From Fimicolochytrium jonesii (lineage: Eukaryota), in contig NW_026515672.1 in the NCBI RefSeq assembly GCF_025526975.1, positions 310,001 through 374,000 on the forward strand: a DNA stretch of 64,000 nucleotides, written 5' to 3'. Positions 47,930-57,397 of the stretch are shown one piece after another. The translations under genes were made by a program, and so were the position numbers. Position 1 is the stretch's first letter; every line of letters begins with the position of its first letter. The notes beneath the pieces were generated by a model, which worked only from the letters and a program-made list of their open reading frames with translations, ran no database searches and was not told the origin of the DNA.

Positions 47930-50900
47930 TCATTGTTGGTCGCTTGCGGTGGATGCGTCGTCGGCGGTTGGGGTCGGCGGAAGGGGGTCGTGCTGGTGGA
48001 CGGTAGTTCGGATCGGCCAGTTATTTTGGTAGGCGGCGAAGGCGACGGACTTAGCCACGGCGTGGAGGGGTACCCAGTCTGCGGTGTACGGGGATTCGCC
48101 TGACCGGCGTGCGAGGTAAAACATCCGCCCGTACGTCTTGCGTTCCCGGAGGATTTCTGCATATGGATGGCCGTCGGCGCTGATTGTATACAGTGGTGGC
48201 TTCTCTGCGGTGTAGAGTCGGAGCACGTCGCAGTGAAATACGGGATGCTGTCGCTGGAGGATTGGGGGTAGTTGGACTTCGTAGGTATTGGGTTGAGGAC
48301 CGACCCTGAGGACCGGGTACGGGCCCAGAAATTGGGGCAGAATTTTGAGGTTGGCGTTGGGGAGATTTCTGTACTCGGGGACGGTGATGGCGTCGCGGTG
48401 GATAAGTACGTGGGAGCCGGGGCCGAGGCGGGGATCTTGAGGAACTCGGCGTGCGTCGGCGTAGGCTGCGAATCGGTCTTGGGCTTCACGGATACGCTCT
48501 TTGAGGAGCATCACAATGTCTCCCATTCGCCCGGCCCATGTGGTCTGCTCTATGGGCTGGAGATTGGTTGTGCCCATGCTGCGCGGTGTCAGGGGGTGAA
48601 AGCCGAGATCTGCCTCGAACGGGGTCATTCCGGTGGACGCATTGATGGAGTCGTTGTAGGCGAATTCGAGGGCGGCCAGGTATCTTGACCAGTTTCGCCC
48701 GGTGAGGTCAGGAGTGGCGGCGAGCATGTCCTTGAGCGTTTGGACCGCCCGCTCCGTTTGTCCATCGGTCTGTTGATGCGCGGCGGTCGCGATGGCTGTT
48801 TCGAAGCCGAGGTATGTTGAGATGGTGCGCCAGACCGCAGCCGTGAACTTGGTGTCGCGATCAGTGACGAGGGTGGATGGGATGCCATGGAGCTTGATGA
48901 TATTCTCGCAGAAGAGCTCCCCAATCTCCTCGGCCGTGACTTCTCGATGCGTCGGAATCAAGTGGACTCGCTTTGTCAGGCGGTCTACTACGATCATCAG
49001 GAGGTCCCGTCCTTTTGCGTCTTTGGGTAAGAATGCGAAATCCAGTGTGACGTCTGACCATCGTGCGCTCGGAATAGGTAAGGGTTGGAGGAGTCCGTGC
49101 CGGCGTCGACCTGTTTTGGCTCTCAAGCAGCTGTCGCAACCGGTGACATATGATTTGACTGAGCGCTCCATTCTTGGCCAATAGAACTGGCGAACAAGCT
49201 TCTCCCAGGTTCGAAACCAGCCTGGGTGCCCGGCGGCGCCTGCGGTGTGGGCATCGTGGAGGAGTTGCAGTCGCAGCGGGATGTCGGGTACATATAAGCG
49301 ATGTTCATAGAACAGGAGGCCGTCATCTTCAACGTAGCGCCGCTCTTTTTGGCTACGGGCGGTGACTGGCCGCTTGAGGGCAGCTCGTATGTTGTCTGCG
49401 AGGGGGTCCTTGGCTAGTGCGGCGCGTACAATCTCGTGCAGATCGGTGGATGTGGTGACGATGGTTGAGACTTCGGCAATGTTGGAGCATTTGGAGCATT
49501 TTGGGGCGTAGTCTGCGCGTCTCGATAGCAGATCGGCCAAGGTATTCGCTTCACCGGGGATGTATTGGATGTTGATTTCGTACTCTTGCAGTGTCTCGAT
49601 CCACGCGGCCTGTCGACGGGAGATGTGGGGTTGGGTTTCGAGCCAGGTAAGAGCCTTGTGGTCCGTGAGGGCGTAGAAGCGCTGTCCCCGGAGGTATGGA
49701 GATAGAGCCTTGATCGCCTCTACGAGTCCCAGGAGCTCCCTTTCGTGCACCCCGTATCTCGTTTGGTATGGAAGTAACTTGCGGCTCCAATACGCGACGG
49801 GTCGCATCTCGGGCAGGAGTGTCTTCCAGTCGGCCTGGGCGACGTTGATGTGTTTATCGGGCGGTGGCTGGCTCAGACATGCGCCGATCGCAAACCCGCT
49901 GGCGTCGATCTGGAGGAAGATGGGGCGCTTCGAGTCGTACCACTGAAGTACAGGGCTAGTCGAGATTGCTTCCTTGAGATCGGCGAAGGCCGCTGCGGCG
50001 TCGGCAGTCCACAGGTAGGGTACGGTCTTGCTGAGGAGGTTGGTCAAAGGTAAGGCCCGGTTGGCGTAGTTGCGCACGTTCCCGGCCAAGTAGTTGGTGA
50101 ACCCCAAGAAGGCCCTCAGTTCGGCGCGGTCGATGGGTGTTGGCCATTCCCGGACGGCTAGCGTTTTGGCCGGGTCAAGGGCGAGACCGTCTTTGGAGAC
50201 TAGGAAGCCGCAGAAAAGTGCAGATGGCTGGAAGAACTTGCACTTGGGCAGTTTCGCGGATAAGCCGTTAGCTGCCAATCTTGAGAGCACGATGTGGAGG
50301 ATCCGCCGGTGTTCTGCATCATCATTGGTGTATATGAGCAGGTCGTCCATATAGATGATCAAGCCTTTGTCGATGAGATCGGCGAACATAGAGTTCATAC
50401 AACGAGTCCAGGTCGCTGGCGCGGAGGTGAGGCCCATGGGCAGGACTGTCCACTCGAAGTGGCCGAATCTTGTCCGAAACGCCGTCTTGTGCATATCCTT
50501 GGGATGAAGTGCGATCTTGTGGTACGCATCGAGGATATCGATAGTGGTGAATTTTGTGGCGCCCGAGAGCCGGTCTCTGAGCTCCGAGAGGTGTGGAATT
50601 GGGGTACGATCGGGGACTGTTACTCGGTTGAGAGCCCGGTAATCGACGCAGAATCTGAGCCCGCCATCTTTCTTGGCTACGAAGAGGACGGCCGCTCCCC
50701 AAGGGGACGAAGAGGGCTTGATCCACCCCCGCTGGAGTAGTAGTGTGATGCGGCGCTGCAATTCCTCTAACTCTGCCGGCGCCATGTGGTGAACTCGCGC
50801 AAAGGCTGGTTTGGCGCCGGGTTGCGTTGGAATGGAATGTTCTACGTTGGGTACGACTTTGTCATTGATGCGGAAGACTTCCTCGTGGCTTGCGACAATG

Positions 50901-52204
50901 TCGCGGACTTGTGCAGGAACAGTCTCGAGATTCGTGGCGAAGTCCGTCTTGTCGGGATCCTTGAGGGGCTTGACCGTGATCGCCCCAACCACAACTCCTC
51001 CCTTGCGGAGCACGCGGCGTGCTTGGTGATGGGAGAGTGGTACGTCGTCGGACTCGTAGCCGGAGTCGTGCCCGTTGGTCTCCAACGGGGCGACGGTTGG
51101 TGCGCGGGGTCTGGTGAAGGGTTTGCGGCGTCGTGGTAGGTCACTGAGAGCGTCGGTGGGCAAAAGGTGGCGGGCACTCGTGTCGGGGTCTGTGATCGCT
51201 AACGAGACGCGGGGTCCGCTTGTGATGAAGGCGGGGCTGAAGGCCAAGAACCATGGAAGTCCGATGATCGCGTCGTACCGGATATTGGCGACAATCCAAG
51301 GAAGTTTTTCGGCGTAGTCGTTGATGGTGATATCTGCGACTGTGTAGGAAGATGACGAGCCCCGGGAGTCCCGCGCCGCGTATTCGAGATGGATATGGGA
51401 TTCTCGACGGCGAAGGCGATGGCGTTTGACAAACTGGTCGCTTATCACATAGGTGGAACACCCGGTGTCGAGCAGGACTGTCGCTGGGTGGCCGTGAATG
51501 GTGGCTTGGGCTGTAAGCCGGGCGTCGGTTACGAGGGGTCCGTTTTGGCAGTTCCGGGAATGTACGCAGAGCTCCGCGAGGAGGGCTTGTTCTTGTCGAG
51601 CGTCTAGGGTGCCGCCAACGGACTTCAGTCTTCGTTTGATGTGGATTAGAGCTTGCGAGGTATTTGAGTCCGGCGCAACGGCCACGGGGGTGGTCTTGGG
51701 GGGTTTCCGAGGAGGTCTGGGATCTAGGGTCACCGTTGCGGCCAACGGGCTCAGTGTCGTGGTCACCGTCGAGGACGGGGTCTTTGGTCTTGGGTCACCA
51801 TCGCGAACGATGGGGGTAGTGTCCTGGTCACCGTGGAGCACGGGGGCGGGGTTTGCCAAACTTATCACCGTTGGAGTATCTTGGTCACTGTCGAAGACAG
51901 GGATGTATGTGGTGTTCAGGGTAGGGGGTCCGCTCAGTGAGTGTCGGAACGCTGCGGGATCTACGGAGCGTCTCGTGTGGAGGACCGGCTGCACTGGCGT
52001 ACGGTCCTTCCTGGCCTTGAGGGGAATACGGTTGGCATCGGATAGAGCGGAAGGTTTTTGGACGTGCGTTGTGTCGGTGAAGAAACGAACCCGACGTCGT
52101 TTCCTGGGGGCGGTTGCTTCGCCGTCGCCGGGTGTCGGATCAGGGGGTCGACCAAGGTTAGGTCCCGAGAGCGTGGTCGCCGCTCTGGGACGCTTTAAAA
52201 ACCC
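47930..52204 (-). CDS. pol: Retrotransposon Pol (protease, RT, RNase H, integrase, degenerate chromodomain), expressed by -1 frameshift from gag
   Basis: 'LLDTGC' protease; RT 'LRFCVDYRALN', 'LPMGL..AP', 'YMDD'; RNase H 'DASGFAIGA', 'TDHKAL'; integrase 'HDAH..GHPG..CDSC', 'TDRDTKF', 'QTDGQTER', 'FLGPY'. No ATG near the start (the track start at 52375 is TTG). Confidence 0.95.
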   Translation of the reverse strand, partial: GFLKRPRAATTLSGPNLGRPPDPTPGDGEATAPRKRRRVRFFTDTTHVQKPSALSDANRIPLKARKDRTPVQPVLHTRRSVDPAAFRHSLSGPPTLNTTYIPVFDSDQDTPTVISLANPAPVLHGDQDTTPIVRDGDPRPKTPSSTVTTTLSPLAATVTLDPRPPRKPPKTTPVAVAPDSNTSQALIHIKRRLKSVGGTLDARQEQALLAELCVHSRNCQNGPLVTDARLTAQATIHGHPATVLLDTGCSTYVISDQFVKRHRLRRRESHIHLEYAARDSRGSSSSYTVADITINDYAEKLPWIVANIRYDAIIGLPWFLAFSPAFITSGPRVSLAITDPDTSARHLLPTDALSDLPRRRKPFTRPRAPTVAPLETNGHDSGYESDDVPLSHHQARRVLRKGGVVVGAITVKPLKDPDKTDFATNLETVPAQVRDIVASHEEVFRINDKVVPNVEHSIPTQPGAKPAFARVHHMAPAELEELQRRITLLLQRGWIKPSSSPWGAAVLFVAKKDGGLRFCVDYRALNRVTVPDRTPIPHLSELRDRLSGATKFTTIDILDAYHKIALHPKDMHKTAFRTRFGHFEWTVLPMGLTSAPATWTRCMNSMFADLIDKGLIIYMDDLLIYTNDDAEHRRILHIVLSRLAANGLSAKLPKCKFFQPSALFCGFLVSKDGLALDPAKTLAVREWPTPIDRAELRAFLGFTNYLAGNVRNYANRALPLTNLLSKTVPYLWTADAAAAFADLKEAISTSPVLQWYDSKRPIFLQIDASGFAIGACLSQPPPDKHINVAQADWKTLLPEMRPVAYWSRKLLPYQTRYGVHERELLGLVEAIKALSPYLRGQRFYALTDHKALTWLETQPHISRRQAAWIETLQEYEINIQYIPGEANTLADLLSRRADYAPKCSKCSNIAEVSTIVTTSTDLHEIVRAALAKDPLADNIRAALKRPVTARSQKERRYVEDDGLLFYEHRLYVPDIPLRLQLLHDAHTAGAAGHPGWFRTWEKLVRQFYWPRMERSVKSYVTGCDSCLRAKTGRRRHGLLQPLPIPSARWSDVTLDFAFLPKDAKGRDLLMIVVDRLTKRVHLIPTHREVTAEEIGELFCENIIKLHGIPSTLVTDRDTKFTAAVWRTISTYLGFETAIATAAHQQTDGQTERAVQTLKDMLAATPDLTGRNWSRYLAALEFAYNDSINASTGMTPFEADLGFHPLTPRSMGTTNLQPIEQTTWAGRMGDIVMLLKERIREAQDRFAAYADARRVPQDPRLGPGSHVLIHRDAITVPEYRNLPNANLKILPQFLGPYPVLRVGPQPNTYEVQLPPILQRQHPVFHCDVLRLYTAEKPPLYTISADGHPYAEILRERKTYGRMFYLARRSGESPYTADWVPLHAVAKSVAFAAYQNNWPIRTTVHQHDPLPPTPTADDASTASDQQ
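52149..52204 (-). promoter_or_regulatory. -1 programmed ribosomal frameshift signal: slippery heptamer plus predicted H-type pseudoknot
   Basis: G GGT TTT (52204-52198) directly before the gag TAA, then a 6-nt spacer. Stem 1 is GTCCCAGAGCG / CGCTCT(C)GGGAC; loop CGACCA pairs with downstream TGGTCG. Confidence 0.85.
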
Positions 52205-53583
52205 GTCGGGATCTGGCGGTCCGGATGGGTCATGTCTCTCTCCGGCGAGCGATCGTCTGGGGCGTCGGAGGTTTCGAGGTTTTGGATCGCGACTGGCCGA
52301 GGGGGCATGTTGGGGCAGAGGTATCCGACGTGGCCGTGTTGGCGGCACCGGAGGCAGAGCCCTTCTCGAAGGCAACGGGCTCGCTCTTCAGGGGTCAAGC
52401 GTTCCAGCTTCGCGGCTGGCCAGCTGGCAAAGCGGCTCTTCTTGGCATCGGCTTGAGCCACAGCCGCACCTTGCGGAAACGCGCGTTTCCCGGGCCAGTT
52501 GGCTGTGGGCGTGCTGCTCGAAGCGAAGGGGTTGGCGCGGAGGTCCTGGTCTTGTTTGGCTTTCTTGACGAGGAAGGAGCGGTAACTGGCGCGATCGAGC
52601 CGGTCCGCGATGTCATAGACCTCATCCACAGAGAGTGTCTTGACGTTCGATTGGGCGAGAATGTGTTCCGCGATTCGGTCCTTGAGGCCTCGGATGAAGT
52701 ATCTTGTGGCGTCGGCCTCGGTGACTTGCGGGCAGGATAAGTGAAGCTTTTGAAATTCCTTGTAGTAGGCGTCAACCGAGGTTAACTGCTTCAGGGTCTC
52801 GAGTGCATCACGGGCTTGATCGGTGGCACCGCTGGGAACGAAGCGATTTCGAACGGCAGCTGCAAAATCCTGCCAAGTGACGACTACGCGACAGCCGACC
52901 TGGTCAAACCATGTGGCGGCGAGACCGTCTAAGCGGCCCGCGGCCATTTCGATCTTGCCCACGTCGGTCATCGGCGGAGCGGCGCGGAAGTAGCGTTCGA
53001 AGGCCGAGAGGAATTGATTGCATTTGGCAATGTCTCGAGTGCCGTCGTAGCGGTGAAGGCTCTTGCGCAAATCTTTAGCGACAGCGGTTTCCGGGATGAT
53101 CAACGCCTCAGGGGTGATGGGCGACGGAAGTTGGCTCTGAGGGTCGATGCGCAGGGTGCGGTTCGGGTAGGGGCCCGTGGCGCGTGGAGCAAAGGCCACC
53201 GGGGCTGGTCCGGGTGTAATCTTGGCGTCCGCGGTCTGGCGTCGGAGGAGGGCCATGATCTCCTGGTTCTGCTGAAAGAGGCGCTTGGAGAGTTGAGCGA
53301 GTTCAGCGCGGGTGGGAAGTTCCGGGTCATTCCCGTCGGCGTCGTCGTCGGTGGCCTGATCGTCCGGCGGGGTGGGCGGGCCCTCAACTTCGGTTTCCTC
53401 CTGCTGTGTCTCTTGCTCGTCCGCTAGTTCCTGGTGGTCAATGTCGTCGTGTGCCTGGTCCTCCTCCCGGATGGCCTGGTCCGTACGCTCGACCTCCTCT
53501 TGTACTCGTTCCAACGTGCGCCCATCGGAGGCTTCGCTGCGGACCACAACGGTGCGGGACCTGGTCTTGCCGATCTTCGTCAT
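52195..53583 (-). CDS. gag: Retrotransposon Gag (capsid + CCHC zinc knuckle)
   Basis: 462-aa ORF with retrotrans_gag-like 'LDGLAATWF..TWQDFAAAVRNRF..LKQLTSVDAYYKEF..FIRGLK' and knuckle 'CLRCRQHGHVGYLC'. Confidence 0.93.
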   Translation of the reverse strand: MTKIGKTRSRTVVVRSEASDGRTLERVQEEVERTDQAIREEDQAHDDIDHQELADEQETQQEETEVEGPPTPPDDQATDDDADGNDPELPTRAELAQLSKRLFQQNQEIMALLRRQTADAKITPGPAPVAFAPRATGPYPNRTLRIDPQSQLPSPITPEALIIPETAVAKDLRKSLHRYDGTRDIAKCNQFLSAFERYFRAAPPMTDVGKIEMAAGRLDGLAATWFDQVGCRVVVTWQDFAAAVRNRFVPSGATDQARDALETLKQLTSVDAYYKEFQKLHLSCPQVTEADATRYFIRGLKDRIAEHILAQSNVKTLSVDEVYDIADRLDRASYRSFLVKKAKQDQDLRANPFASSSTPTANWPGKRAFPQGAAVAQADAKKSRFASWPAAKLERLTPEERARCLREGLCLRCRQHGHVGYLCPNMPPRPVAIQNLETSDAPDDRSPERDMTHPDRQIPTGF

Positions 53584-53605
53584 TCCTGCTGCGCGATGAA
53601 GCTGG

Positions 53606-53629
53606 TGGATGGATGGATGGATGGATGGA
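53606..53629. repeat. (TGGA)6 microsatellite in the retrotransposon 5' leader
   Basis: Six perfect TGGA units ending 22 nt upstream of the gag ATG (minus strand). Confidence 0.9.
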
Positions 53630-53773
53630 AAGTCGTCACCGGGGTTTGCCGCGAAAACCTATGAAAGTAACTAAGACTGCGCGGGACGTCGTGGGAATCG
53701 ACAAAACGGCTGGGGAAAGATCGGTTCGTTGATTGCGACGGTTGCAGTGGTCCTCTCAGTTGAACTTGGTGGA

Positions 53774-53781
53774 TGCTACCA
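53774..53781 (-). promoter_or_regulatory. Primer-binding site (initiator tRNA-Met type)
   Basis: TGGTAGCA directly abuts the 5' LTR; complementary to a tRNA 3' end ...UGCUACCA, as in eukaryotic iMet tRNAs. Confidence 0.75.
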
Positions 53782-53933
53782 TGTAAGAGAAAGCTCAATG
53801 AGGTATATTGTCAACGTCTCAAGCTCTATTATGGATGAAGACTAAAAAGGGGAAAAGGACCAGCGTACTCCGACAAGTAGGGAAGAAAACAATAAACTAG
53901 AGTGGGGTCACGTGGACGCATGCTTCTCTCACA
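53782..53933 (-). repeat. 5' LTR (152 bp)
   Basis: Base-for-base identical by eye to 47652-47803; imperfect terminal inverted repeat TGTGAGAGAA...TTCTCTTACA. Confidence 0.97.
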
Positions 53934-55380
53934 GCCCCTCTGATTGATCACCCATTGACGCACAGATTGACGCACGGCGAGGAAGCGCGTCGGGATCGCC
54001 CAGTCAAACGACGGCTGAAGCGGTCACCACACGAACGAAAGTGCCGAACACGACGTAAATCTTTCCCCACTGTACTGCAATCTCTCCGGACTTGCTGGCT
54101 CGGTTGACTGGGGGAGCGTCCTGAGCTAGCGAAGCCGTGATGGCCACCGTCCCATGCTTCGTTACATGATAGCCAAGTTACATGGTTTTGGTTTCTGTAC
54201 GCACGGATGCCATCGTATTTGCTAACAGCGTTGACGTCGTCGCAGAAGTCCTGACGCCGCAGCGCTGATACCGAATGAGGAAGATCAAGAGTTGTTAACG
54301 GATGGAACGGCTTCCGTCCGGTCGCTCAGCAGCTCCTTTAATCGTCCTAATGCTATCCGCATGAATCCCGGGTTTAAAGCAATGTCACAAATGACATGCA
54401 GCTGAGGCGGCAGTCCGCAGAAGACAATGCTTCTTTATTTTTTTCTCAAGGCGCAAGCGTTTTTCGAATGCTGAACGAATAGGTCATTTGGTGGGCGATG
54501 AACTGAACAGTGGACGCCGCACCACCTGGATTCTGGACTGCAACCAGGCCAGGCCGGCCAGCATGTGCTACTCACAGCACCGTACAGCACAAGTGATCCA
54601 AGCGGTCAGGAAGACATGTCTTTCTCCGTTTGCATGTATGTATTTGTTGTTAGAAAGATTGACAACCAGAATACTGTCGAAAAGCAAAATGCCTATGTAA
54701 TCAAACGCGCGTTGGTCGGAGTTTTTCTCGATGATTCCCTCGTACGAAGACCGCGCCCGCTTATGGCCCAAGTAGCCTGGCCAGGGCACATGGACAACTC
54801 TCCCGCACAAGGTCCCGGCTGGCCGAATATATAACAAGCATCCTGCCTTCACAGTTCGTTCCCACAAACCGGCGCACTCGCAACATTCCTTCTCTCGCTG
54901 AGATCATTCGCATCCACACTGTTTCGCCCCATACTCTCAGATCTGAACCTCTTGTGCACAAGTCACCGCTGGAAGTCGCGTATCCGGTCGGTTAGATCGC
55001 TATTGGGCGTGTACGCGAGAGTCAGGTCACTATTTCCTCCAATCGCTTCCCATCGCTCCATTTATTATTCTGTTGGCCGAAGCTCACATTTAATAGCTCC
55101 ATTTAAAACCGGCCTGCACAAGTCCCTACTTCCATGCCGCCACATCTCAAGCACGCAAGCGCCTTCGGATTTTCCTCCCATTCGTCTTCCATGCTCCATC
55201 CATTCAATTCCCTGATCATTACATCGACTTCACTCTTCGCGCTAACTTTCGATTGCAATCATCGACCATACACTTTTCGCTTTGATTTTCGTACCACGCA
55301 TACTCGTGAGCAACGGCGAACATTATCCGCATTCGCTAACCTCCGAATTCTATTGCCTTGTTGATATCCTCATCCTGTAG

Positions 55381-57090
55381 CCGCTTCGTTGCGCTCGCCT
55401 TCCGTCATCCAGAACTACCTCAGAGTATGCAGCACCACTGTGTCCGGTTTTCGCCGATTTATATTCGCCAATCCGAGAACTGTGGAGACCTGATTCCTCC
55501 CGTTTCGACCCTCGCCATGGGGAGGATAAGTACGCAGCGCCTTTGGGCGTCCGGACGTCTACAACGTAGCCTTCGACGTCACGATCCTCCCGACTTTCGC
55601 GCGCGACATCTCGTCGCATGACACCAATCCGCCGCATTCGTCAATTCCAGCACTACTGAGACCCCCCATCCTTGGATTGTGGAGGCATAGGTAGGCGGCA
55701 CCCTGTAGGGATGTCCGGTCTTCAACAATTCACCAGCTCGGCCAGTCCCTTGCGTTCGGTCAGCGACGACCCGCTGTCGGTATTCTTCCCTTCGCTCTCT
55801 CCTCTGATCATCATACACTGACACCGGTCCTAATTTTTCTTTCTTCTTGGATTTAGCGGCAAGGGACGCTTGGATGCGGGCTCACAAGGATACACTTGTA
55901 TGCCGTCTCTGTTTACGTCGCCGTATGCTAATCAACATCTCTTTTTGTCTCTTCGGTAGCTTGGCGGCAAGTATTGAACGGAGGTACGTCCTATCTTTAG
56001 GTCCTATCTTACCAGCTTATCCTTTCCAGCTTGCCGGCGACGAGGCGATTTCAGATGCGTCCGGAGTCGTACTACAGGGCAGCCTGCTGATCTCCTCTTT
56101 ACCCGCAGATCACGGAAGTTTCACATCCCAGGTATGTACACTTTCACGCTGCGCGGTAGCACGAGCTTCCATTTCTCTTTCCTCCAGAGATGATGGCATG
56201 ACTCGGAAGGTAAGTCCTCTCTCTCCAAATTCCCACTCTCGATGAAGTTTTTTTTTCTTTCCCTTGCCCATATCAGACCGTCTTTGGACCCCGGTGCCAA
56301 CGTTGACGCCACTCATGCAAGCGTTCTACCACCACTTAAACCGCACGTTCCTCTCAAGCCGCTCGCAATCCCGGAGATCGCTGCAAAGGACGTGTCTTAC
56401 ACACCGCCTCATGATTCCCGCCATCTTTCCCGGCAGCGAAATGAGATGGGCGTCAAGGCACTCGCGGTCTCGCATCTTCCCATCGACTCTTTGATCCTCT
56501 CACACTCCATGTCTTCAAAAGGTACGTTGCGCTCCCATTGTTTCCCCCCAGTGCATCTAGGTACTTCAACCAGGCGAACGAGATCGCTAGAATAGCAACG
56601 AGGTACGTAGCGTTTCATGTCATCTCCGTTGCTTTGCTCCTACGATAGGCTGGACGCGCAACTGAAGGACAAGTAGGATGTGCCCAGGTACATGCGATAT
56701 TCTCTCAACAGATGCCTCTCGTTTCTCGCTTCGTTGGACGCGGGGTGGATGCCATCGATCAGCGAGTTTCGTAGTTCGTACATGACTGGAGCGATTCCGC
56801 TCACGCAAGTTCCGCGGACGCGGATGAAGCGAGGTAAGTGCGCATGGAATCTCCGCGGATCCCACTTTATAAGGATTGATGGCCGTGAATGTATGATGAT
56901 GGAAGCATGGAGGCGGAGAAGATAAGCTTATATCCTGCGAGGTGAATGCCCTCGGCAACATTAGCGGTCAAACTTTCCACTGACCGTTGCCTTTGAACAA
57001 CGGGTGTGAATCAAGGAAGTGTATCGATGATAAGCGTTCACCCGTTCTGATCGTCCATGTACTAGGAACCCGCCCGCAGAAGAGATGAGA
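55381..57090 (+). other. Putative multi-exon transcription unit with no recoverable long ORF (lncRNA or decayed gene)
   Basis: Regular series of consensus donors (GTACGC, GTATGC, GTACGT x3, GTATGT, GTAAGT x2), mostly followed 40-80 nt later by pyrimidine-rich YAG acceptors. The junction combinations tested hit stops in all frames. Confidence 0.4.
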
Positions 57091-57397
57091 AACGTCGATG
57101 TGTGTAGTACCGACAGACATTCATTCGGAGGCGGATGCATTTGGGAGGTGGGAGCAGCACGAAATGGTGGGCGTTAACGCTCTTCTTTGTGGGTAAGGCC
57201 AGAAATCGGACCTGTCCTTGGAAGAGGAAAGGGTGCGGCAACAGTCCAGCTCTGCCACATTGAGCTTCGAATAGCAGTGAAGATTTTCGATCGGAGATAT
57301 TATCAAACGTCAGGCTGCACGAGGCAAAGGGTATTATTCTAAGATAATCGAGTACATACAAATTATGGTCGTCCCGAGTTCGACGCAAACATCGTGT

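Larger units (their letters stand above)
47652..53933 (-). mobile_element. Full-length Ty3/Gypsy (chromovirus-like) LTR retrotransposon, intact and recently inserted
   Basis: Two identical 152-bp LTRs with TG...CA ends, 5-bp TSD GCCCC (47647-47651 and 53934-53938), PBS, PPT, and uninterrupted gag and pol in PR-RT-RH-IN order. Confidence 0.98.

Noticed and set aside
52205..52375. N-terminal part of the 1481-aa pol ORF as listed in the track
   Set aside because: Starts at TTG and overlaps gag upstream of the slippery site; most likely not translated in this frame.
51498..52568. 356-aa + strand ORF antisense to gag/pol
   Set aside because: Non-ATG start and shadow of a GC-rich coding strand; no domain features.
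54880..54950. Minus-strand CTGAGA ... TGATC ... AGCG ... AAGGA resembling a fungal TPP aptamer
   Set aside because: No P2 pairing after CUGAGA and no P5 stem-loop. The THI6 leader intron (47511-47632) also shows no aptamer. An Rfam scan would settle it.
55640..55715. TPP-riboswitch-like fragments (CTGAGA ... GTAGGGA) not far from THI6
   Set aside because: Lacks the GAACYUGAU junction and the P5 hairpin, and lies on the strand opposite to THI6.
56885..57055. ATGATGA/CTGA boxes and an AACGGGTG/CACCCGTT hairpin, considered as a C/D snoRNA or SECIS
   Set aside because: No recognisable rRNA guide or terminal stem, and the spacing between putative SECIS core halves is too short.
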